Of a DNA stretch of 64,000 bases, positions 37,219 through 46,400 are shown piece after piece. A program made the position numbers and the translations under genes. A model generated the notes under the pieces. The model was given only the letters and a program-made list of their open reading frames with translations. It did no database searches and was not told where the DNA came from. The DNA is from a virus. Taxonomy: Duplodnaviria; Caudoviricetes. Where the stretch lies: IMG/VR virus record IMGVR_UViG_3300025872_000002, positions 1,689 to 65,688 of that record, one strand, 5' to 3'. Each line of letters opens with the position of its first letter. The stretch's first letter is position 1.

Positions 37219-37619
37219 AGATTCTTCCGGTAGAACTTGGGCATCTGCATCATGTTTGGCCGTCGGTTGAACCTTTTATTGCGTCAGCGCTTGAACATGC
37301 TGGTGGAGACTATTCGCTAGCTTCAGTGAAGACGCTGCTTTCTACCGGGCACTGGGTATTGATTGTTGCCGTGGATGAGCAGAGAATTCTAGGTGCGGCA
37401 ACCGTGCACATGTTTAACCGCCCGGATGACCGGGTGGCATTCATCACAGCCATTGGTGGGCGGCTAATCAGTAATGATGATACGTTCCAGCAACTCAAAA
37501 CCCTTCTCTTTTCCTTCGGGGCTACTTGTATTGAAGGTGCGGCGCGTGAGTCTATTGCCCGCTTGTGGAAGCGCTACGGTTTTGAAGAAAAGTACAGGAT
37601 TGTAGGAATAAAATTATGA
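37215..37619 (+). CDS. GNAT-fold acetyltransferase-like protein
   Basis: ILGAATV, AFITAIGG, C-terminal ARLWKRYGF; lies among internal protein genes. Confidence 0.5.
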   Translation: MKILPVELGHLHHVWPSVEPFIASALEHAGGDYSLASVKTLLSTGHWVLIVAVDEQRILGAATVHMFNRPDDRVAFITAIGGRLISNDDTFQQLKTLLFSFGATCIEGAARESIARLWKRYGFEEKYRIVGIKL

Positions 37620-40408
37620 GCTACTCTCGCCGACAACTTGAAGCCCTCGGTGAACCGTTGGGCGACAGTGTGACCCGTAAAGAAAACGGACGCATCGTTT
37701 ACGGCGGGGGTGGCGGCAGTAGCGGGACGCCGAGCCAAACTACCCAAGTTTTTGAACTGCCGGAGTGGGCACGTGGATACGCGCAAGATACGCTAGCAAA
37801 AGCGCAAGCGGCCACATCCCAGCCCTATCAAACATACAGTGCAGAACGGATTGCCGGGTTTTCTCCGCTACAACTTCAAGCGCAGCAAGCCGCAGGCAAC
37901 ATGGGGGTTGCCGGACAGCTCGGCCAAGCCAGCACGATGGCAGGTACCGCCGGTTCGACCACGTTTGGTACGCCGCAAGCACAGCAGTACATGTCGCCGT
38001 ATATCGAAGCGGCGATGGCCCCCCAACTTCGCGAAGCTCAGCGCACGTCTGCCATGCAGGGGATGCAGCAACAAGCCGAAGCCACGGGGCGAGGCGCATT
38101 TGGCGGTACCCGTGATGCGCTGTTGCGTGCTGAGCGCGAACGCAATCTGAACATGGGGCTTAACGATATTCGCGCTCGTGGATATCAGACTGCGTTTGAG
38201 CAGGCAGGCAATCTGTACAACCAAGATATGAACCGGCAGTTGCAGTCCGCTGGACTCTTGGGGCAGCTTGGTCAGACTCAGTACGGTCAGCAGATGGGGA
38301 TCAACCAACTGCAGCGGCAGGTTGGTGCAGAGCAGCAAGCGCTCAGGCAGCAAGGGCTGTCTCAGGACTATCAGGACTTCATCAACCAGCAGAACTACCC
38401 GTTCAAACAGCTTGGGTTCATGTCCGACATGATCCGTGGCTTGCCGTTGGGACAGCAGTCGGCGCAGCAGATGTATCAGGGACAACCCGGTGCCATCCAA
38501 AGTCTGGGTTCGCTGGGCCTTGGCGCGTACGGTCTTTCGAGGCTTGGTGGGTTTAAGGAAGGCGGAGCCGTCGAAATGGCGGACGGTGGACTGACGGGAA
38601 TTGATGAGCGGGTGCTTGCCAATCCAACCAAGTACTCAGAAGAACAGATTCGCCGCAGCGTCAAGAACGGCATTCTCGATCCAGAGACCGCCAAGTACGC
38701 GCTTGCCAAGATTGCCAAGGCGAAGAGCTTTACCTCCGGGATCGAGGCGCTGGCGTCTAACCTCCCCACGCAGGGGTACGCCCCGGGCGGCATTGTGGCG
38801 TTTGATGATGGCGGGGAAGTGCAGCGATATCAATCGCAGGGATTGGTCTCTCAAAGTACACGTTGGCAAGACTTGCTGCCGTATATGGGTGGGGCGGGGG
38901 TGGATGTAGATCGCGAAAGAGCCGCCGTACAAGAGTATTACGGACTGACTGGCGGGAGAGCGGCTATTCCTAGAGTGAACGTGCCGCAAGTAAGAGGTGA
39001 TGTCCGACGGGATCCGGTAACTGGCCGACCGATAACTTACGCGGAATTTCTTAGGCGGCAAAAGGCAGACACTACTTTGGGCGATCCTACCGCTGGTTTT
39101 GGCGGTATGCCGGATTTTACTGCCGCAGCCGTTGCTGATGCGGGGGGCGCTCCTGTTGCTGCTCCCGGTGCTGACGGTGGTGCCGGTGCTGACGATAGTG
39201 CTGGGGGTGTAGGTGCTCCTGCTGGGGGGACGTTTAGGGGTCTGGGCGGGTCGGCGCGTCCTATGGGCGGAATGCCTGCTGCTGGGCAAGGTCCAATGAC
39301 TGCGCTGGAAATCCTAAACCGTGCGAATCAAGCCGCTGCCAATGTACCGACAGCAGGCATCAACGCTATCAAGCTTCCCGAAATTACTCCTACGGAGTTC
39401 AGGAATCGTATGAACGCGGCAATGCCAGAGGGAGAAGCCGCGTACACCAATCCGCTGACAAAGAAATTTGAAGAGCTGGGTTTGGATACGCGCATGGCAG
39501 CGCAAGAAGCTTTCCAAGAACGACAGGGTATTGCTGACCGGATGGACAAGCTGCGGGAATCGCAGCAAGCTCGCTACGACGCCAAGAAAAAAGATCTGGA
39601 AACGGATCGTGACCGTACGGTGGGTATCGCCTTCCTCGAGGCGGCACAAGCTATGGCTCAGCCCGGTAAGAGCATCACTACAGCGCTGGTGGAAGCTGGA
39701 GCCGCAGGCGGCAAGCGCTTCCTTGCCGATAAAGAACGTCTGGACAAGAAAGCGGATGATCTGTCGGAAGCCATCAACCGTCTGGATGAATCGCGGGTTG
39801 GTGATGCGCGTGAGCGTGCAGCCGCAAAAGCTGATTTGCGCCAAAACATATTGGCGACGCAACGGGATCTGATTTCGCATTACCAACAGGCATACGGCGT
39901 CAATAGGGCGGAAGCCACAGCGGCAGTACAGGCCCAGATGGCGCGTGAGACCGGCATCGCGCAGTTGGCTCTGACGAGAGAGAAGACGATACTTGACGCT
40001 CAAAATGATGCGGCGCGTAACGCGATTGGCGCAGTCGGTGCGTCTGCGCAGATGTACAACGCGTTTAGGAACCCCACGCTTGAAACGTACAGAGAGGTGG
40101 GTGGTGGAGATGCGGCGGCAGGAGCGCGGACGCTGCACCCCAACTTCCAGCTTGATCTATTGCGTGCAGTGACTAAAGATCCTGAATTGGCGGCGGCGTA
40201 TCGGCTGATGCACCCCACAGAGCGCAAGACACTGCCCGAACTCTTTACGCAGTGGTTGGATAAAGCTGGGCCGACGGTTCAGATGCTGCCCCCCGAAAAA
40301 CAGATGGAGCAGTTCCTCACGCACATGCGAACTCTTGGCGGGATGGGAGCAGGCGTTACACTCTCTAACAAGCCCACTGGTCAGGTGCTCAACCAACCTA
40401 CTCGGTAA
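37616..40408 (+). CDS. Internal virion (ejection) protein
   Basis: Gln/Ala/Gly-rich helical 930 aa; YMSPY, GAFGGTR, several xxxGG motifs. Confidence 0.7.
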   Translation: MSYSRRQLEALGEPLGDSVTRKENGRIVYGGGGGSSGTPSQTTQVFELPEWARGYAQDTLAKAQAATSQPYQTYSAERIAGFSPLQLQAQQAAGNMGVAGQLGQASTMAGTAGSTTFGTPQAQQYMSPYIEAAMAPQLREAQRTSAMQGMQQQAEATGRGAFGGTRDALLRAERERNLNMGLNDIRARGYQTAFEQAGNLYNQDMNRQLQSAGLLGQLGQTQYGQQMGINQLQRQVGAEQQALRQQGLSQDYQDFINQQNYPFKQLGFMSDMIRGLPLGQQSAQQMYQGQPGAIQSLGSLGLGAYGLSRLGGFKEGGAVEMADGGLTGIDERVLANPTKYSEEQIRRSVKNGILDPETAKYALAKIAKAKSFTSGIEALASNLPTQGYAPGGIVAFDDGGEVQRYQSQGLVSQSTRWQDLLPYMGGAGVDVDRERAAVQEYYGLTGGRAAIPRVNVPQVRGDVRRDPVTGRPITYAEFLRRQKADTTLGDPTAGFGGMPDFTAAAVADAGGAPVAAPGADGGAGADDSAGGVGAPAGGTFRGLGGSARPMGGMPAAGQGPMTALEILNRANQAAANVPTAGINAIKLPEITPTEFRNRMNAAMPEGEAAYTNPLTKKFEELGLDTRMAAQEAFQERQGIADRMDKLRESQQARYDAKKKDLETDRDRTVGIAFLEAAQAMAQPGKSITTALVEAGAAGGKRFLADKERLDKKADDLSEAINRLDESRVGDARERAAAKADLRQNILATQRDLISHYQQAYGVNRAEATAAVQAQMARETGIAQLALTREKTILDAQNDAARNAIGAVGASAQMYNAFRNPTLETYREVGGGDAAAGARTLHPNFQLDLLRAVTKDPELAAAYRLMHPTERKTLPELFTQWLDKAGPTVQMLPPEKQMEQFLTHMRTLGGMGAGVTLSNKPTGQVLNQPTR

Positions 40409-40414
40409 ATCGCT

Positions 40415-43400
40415 ATGCCTCAATATCTGAATCTCCCGAGCGGCAACTCAATTCTTGTCGAAGATGGAGTTGAGCCTCAACAGGCGTGGCTAGATGCACT
40501 TCGCAATTATCCGGAAGAGTTTGGTTACAAGAAGGGCAGCAAGGCGGAAGGTGGCTTCGGCGCTGCATTTAGCTCTGGACTGTCTCGTTTGGCTGGCGAA
40601 ACGGGGCTGACTGCTGGCAAGCTTGGTTTGATTGGTTTGCCCGCAGCGGAAGAATATTACCGTCGACAGCAGCAGAAAGCCGAGGGCATCTTCAAACCCA
40701 CGGAGAAAGGCTGGACGGAAGATCCGCTTCAAAAGCTTAAAGAAGTAGCTGGCGGGTCAGCCGCCTATATGCTGGCCCCAGCGGTTGCCGCTGGCGCAGC
40801 GGCGTTCGCTCCCGTAACGGTGCCGGTTATTGGTGCCGCCGGATTGGCGGCGGGCCTTGCAGGTCTTGGGCAGTACACCGGCTCGAACCTTGCCGCTCAG
40901 ATGGAAGAAAACAAGAAGGGTCTGGCTGAGACGAGTGGTGCCGCCGCCTTCGGCACTGCCATTCCTCAAGCTGCGCTGGATGTGCTGAGCTTCCGGATGA
41001 TGCCCGGCATTCAGCGGCTTTTTGGTGCGACAGGTAAAGAGCTTACTGAGGCTCAGGCGAAAGCCTTGGCAGAGCAGACGCTCAAGAAAAAAATCGGTGA
41101 TTATGCTAAAGCCACTGGCGTCTCGATGGGGGTTGAAGGTGCCACGGAAGTGGCGCAAGATTTTTTGGAAAAAGCCCAAGCTGGTGCTGAACTAACCGAT
41201 CCAAAGGCTCGCGAAGACTATCTTGAAAGTCTGATCGGTGGCGCTGCTTTGGCCGGTGTTCTTGGTCCGTTTGGTCGAGGCTTTGAACGGGCGGGTATTG
41301 CTGCACGAGGCAGGGAGCTTGAGCAGAAACGCGTAGAAGGCGAGAGGGCACTCCAACAATCACTGACCGGTCTGGCCGGGATGGAACGGACGCGGGCGGC
41401 TGGCGCAGAGGCGCGACAACAGTTTGGCACGCTGTTTCCTGAGATTGGCCCTGCCGAATCTATGTACGGTACGCAAGAAAGTATTCAGAAAAGATTGGCG
41501 CAGATTGAACAAGAAGCTGAACGGGCGCGCCAACTTAAAGACGTGTCCACGCTGTCTGACTTGCAGCGTGAGCGCACGGCACTTGAATCGCGGGTTAAAG
41601 AAGAACCAAGCGCAATGGAGCAACGACAAGCGCTTGAGCAACAGATTGCGTATTACCAAAACATTGAAGCGCAGCTCATTGCACGAGCCAAAGCGGCACC
41701 GACTGCGGCGGAGAAAAGGCTGATTCTTGAGAAGCTTGTGCAAGTACAAGAACAGCGGCGACAGTTGACGAACACGCTGCTTGCACAAGAACAAACTGGG
41801 GCAGTACCAAAGCCGACAACGCAAGAGGCGCTCCTGAATCAGGAGAAGCGAACAATTGCCGCGTTGCAAAAAGCTGAAGAAGCGGGGGATGCTGCAGCAC
41901 AGCTCAAACTAACCGACAAGTTGGCGGGGCTGCAAGAGCAGCTCGGGCTGTTTGGGCAAGAAGCGTATACCGCACAGCAACAATTTGAACAAAAGCAAGC
42001 TGAAGATGCGGCAGCGGCAGAGGCTGCGGCTAGAGCCGCGCAACCCACTTTGCTGCTAACTGATCAGCGCGGGGCTACGCCCATTGAAATGGGCTACAAC
42101 CTTGATACAGTCATTACGCCGCCCCGAGTACCGCAAGCCTATCTGCAAGGCAATCTGTTTGGTTCAGAAGAGCGGGTGCAAGCGCCGGGAGGTACTGAAA
42201 CTACGCTGCCCCGACTTCAGCAGGCGGTGTCTAGCCTGTCTGAGCGGCCTGACTTGTCGGAGGCGGATCGCAGCCTTTTGGATCGTGTTAGCGACTTGGT
42301 GTTGCCCAAACGTGGGGAGCGTACTGTAGAAGGATTGCGCAGTATGCTCGGCGCACTTCAAACGCTACGGCGCAGCATTTCTCAGGATATTTTGAACCGG
42401 GCAACTGGCTATGATGATTTGGGGCTGACCGACGCTGAGAAACTGGCAAGGATCCGACAAGATGCCTCCCAAGATGCCTTTAAATCGACGCGGTTAGAAC
42501 CCCCCAGCATCTACAGTAAAAACGATGCCGACAAACCTAAACAGTTGCAGCAGGCAGGCATCCTTCGTTTAAATCGTCGTTTGCTGGCTATCGAGAAAAA
42601 AGAAGCGGAGATCGAGGCGCAAGCAACCAAGCTCCAGACCGCCCGTACGCCCATCGAACGATTTACCACGCCTATCGAAACTCGAGATGCGGAAGGTAAT
42701 GTTAAAACCCGGGCTACGCCTGCACAGTTGGTTGCCGACTGGGTGGAGGCGCTCTCTAGCGGCGCGGATACGACGCAGCCGCGTGCTGCTTTGGAAACTG
42801 TATTGGGGCAGATTCAGCGAGCAGGTGCCGGAGAGAAAGAGGCACTGACTAAACTTAAGCGCCGCATCGCTACGCCGGAAGAACGTGCCGCCCTTGGCAA
42901 AAAATCGGTGGTTGAGCGTGTGCCTACGGCGATCACCACTACGGCGCAGCAGCCCGACTTGTTTGCGGGTACGGAAGCCGCCACCGCCACGGAGTTCGAG
43001 ACGCCTCGCCAAATGCAGGCGTTCATGGCGTCAGACGAGCTTCAAAAAGAAAGGCAGAAGCAAGGCAAGCAAGCGTTGGCCGAGGCTCAAGAAGCGGGTC
43101 CGCCTAAACCGGCAGATGTTGTCCGTAGCCAGAAGTTGCTCAAGCCGACAGTCGCATTCCTGAACAAACAAGCCGACAAGGTTCGTGGGTTCTTGAAAGG
43201 GTTGACCAAGCGCCTGAATGACTACAACGCCCTGCTCTCAGCGAAGACTGAACAAGACGAGGATGCACTGGCAAAAGCCAAGCGACAGCAAGCGGAAATT
43301 TTGCTTGCTATAGAGAAGACGCTGCTTAAGCAGCATCAGGAATATGCGCGGGCGCTTATTGAGATGCAGTCGGCGCAAGAAACAATGGCCGGATTGCAAG

Positions 43401-46400
43401 ACTTTGTCGACAATTATGTTCGTGCACTAGACACCGCCGTCCAGATGAGCGGGGAGTGGGCGGGGGTTGCAGAAAACGAAAGGGCGCGTTTTCAAAAAGA
43501 ACTAGAAGCTCGGCAAGATACTTTGCGTAGAGCGCTTGGGCGGCTTGGCGTTTTGCGCGGGGAGATCACGAATAAGTTTGGCGACATTCTGAGTATGGAA
43601 GCGCCAGCGCTGGAGGCCGGGACGGCATTTGATCCCGAACTTGTGGCCGCATACACACAAGCCAAAGCCGATGCAAAAAAAGCGGCGGATGACTTTTATG
43701 GTTTTGTGAAGGCTAGGCGCAAAGTTGAACCTCCCGCGCATTGGAAAGTCAGCGAACGTGATCTGCGGCAGTTTTTGATGCAGCAGGCCGAACTCACCGA
43801 CATGCTGTTTGAGCAGGGGCTAGTGGTTAAGAAGTGGACCTACACTGCAGAAGAACTGCACGACAAGCTGACCGCTGCACAAGAAGACGCTAAGGCCGAT
43901 CCCGTTTGGTCCGCGTTCCTGAAAGAAGCGCAAGAAGCTATTGATGATGCGACGAGTACGCCTACGCTGCGCTCTCCTGACAAACTTATGGCAGCAATTC
44001 GCGCCGCAAACGTGCAGATCCGAAACATTCGTGACCAGCGAGCAGAATCGCTGCCAGCTCGCATCCTAGAACTTGAAGACAAACGAAAAAAGCTCCTTGA
44101 GTATACGGATCAAGAAAAGCTCGACGCCACGCAAGTCACGGTGGCAGACACGCAAAAAGCTATTGCCCGTATCAATGCCGCCAAACGGGAACAACTTAAG
44201 CCGATTGACAAGCAGCTTGCTGAGTTGCGTCGGGAACTGGCGCAAACTAAGGGCGATCAAAAGCCCGTCAGTATTTCGGAACTTCGGGCTAAAGCACAAG
44301 CCAAAACTCAAGCCGATATCAAGGCAGAGAACGAACGGCTTGCACGAGAAGCCGAAGCCAAGACACGTGTGTCTTTTGAGAAGCGCAGCAAGAAAGAGCG
44401 GGAAGAAATCGCGGCGTTGCAGCAACGATTGGATCAGTTGGTGGCAGATAAACAGACCGCCATCGACAAGAAGCGCGAGCAGACGACGCACTTCCGGTTC
44501 ACTAAAGATGAGAAAGAGGCGATTGCTGCTGGCACGAAGACACGCGAGCAGGTCATTGAAGCCAAGAGAGAAGAGGGCGTGAAGGCGCTAACCGCGCAAT
44601 TTGATGCCGCTATCCAGAAGTTGCAGGTTGAGATTCGCGCTATCCGAGGTGTTGCTAAGCCGTCAGAGAAGCGAGCCGCACAACTGCAAAGTACGTTGGA
44701 CTTGCAGCGTCGAATTGGCGAAGAAGGACCGCTCGAGACTGCCGAAGAAGTTGCCACGATTGCGAAGACGCAACGCGAATCCCGTAGCGGTCAGACGCTC
44801 GTTGATGTACGCACCGGGCGGGTAACTGAAGGGCGGATGCCTTCTGCGGCTAAAGCTCTGACAGAAGCACAAGAACGGCGTGAAGCAATTGAGGCAAACG
44901 AGATTAGCTACCGCAATTCTTTGTTGCGATATGTCAAGACCCAGTTTGATAGCGATCTGAGTGCGCTCGAAACTGATGAGCTTGAGTACGAGATTCTGCG
45001 TATGCAGGCGGAAGCGGAGGACCGCGCGGGTCTGCGGCGACCGGCTACAGCAGCAGAACAGGCCAAACTTGCTAAGACTGTAGCGGAAGGCGTATCAGAT
45101 CCCCTTGACCGTATTCTTTCTCACGACTACGCAGCCCGGGAGAACACGCCGCTGGATGACACGACTGCTGTCGCCGTCGGCAAGGGCGACCTGAAGGGGG
45201 CGCTGGAATCCTTGGCAAAGAATGGCTCTACGCCGTTTGTTCGGATGGTCGCCAAGCAACTCCTGCCGATGGTAGAGAACACGAAGCTTGAGACGGCATC
45301 ACTCGAAGGCAAAGGCGGCGAATACAGCCCGAACACCGACACAGTCACGCTCAATAAAGACGCGCTGACTGAGGAAGATCTCCTGCACGAAGCGGGGCAT
45401 GCAGCTACGTATGCTGTTGCCAGCTATGAAGCTGGAAGCGGTATGACCCGTCGGCAGTTCTTGAAAGGCGCTGTGACCGGGCTTACGGCGTTGAAGTTGC
45501 CCAACATTACCGAGAACATGTCGCTGGCGGCGCAAGAGAAGATGTTCTTCAACATGCTCGACGCTTGGAGGGATTGGGTTAAAGCGGCGAACAAACTTGC
45601 TCCTGCGTTAGACCTTGATGCCTACACTTCACTTGACGTTGCCGACGGTGATTTGCGCGGTTTTCTTGAGCGGATGGAGTACAACGAAGTTAGCGATGAC
45701 GCCGTTACTGAGATGCTCGAGAACGGCGGGCTGAAGAAACTGCAGTCTGCGATCAACGCTTCACAACGCGCCGTCATGTCCGAGGCGGCAAAGCAAGGGG
45801 AGGCCAAAGGCACTACCGAGAAAGAAGCCCCCTTTGTCCCCACCAAAGAACAGCTCGCGGCACGGGACGCTCTCGAGAAGCTCTACGCCAAGATGCAGGG
45901 GCGGACAGAGTTCAAGGACGAGTACGGCAACGTCAGCTTCAAAGAGTTCGTGTCCGAGCTGCTCTCAAACCAACAGGTACGCGACAAGATCAACCAGACC
46001 GCTGGGTTGCTGCGCCGTATTTATGAAGGCTTCCTTCGCATGCTGGGCATCGAGCCGAAGACTCTGTCTGACAAGGCGCTCGAGCAGGCGTTTGCCATGT
46101 TCAGTCCGAGCACGACGTCTGTAGGTAAAGATGAGCGGCTGGCCTCGATCATGCGTGGTGTCTTCCCCGGCACTCAGTCGAACTTCTCGGCCTCTGTGCC
46201 CAAGAGCATCGCCGACATGGTGAACCGCACCATTGCTCGGAACGCTACGCTTGGCGACAAAGTCATGGCAAATCTGACGGGACTGCGCTTGCGCACGTTC
46301 ATTGCCGATCAGTGGGCACCTGTCGAGGCACTCATGAAACAGGGCGTTGCCAAGGGCAAAGTCAAAGAAGCGCAAGCGCTGCAGATGCAGGTTTACATGC

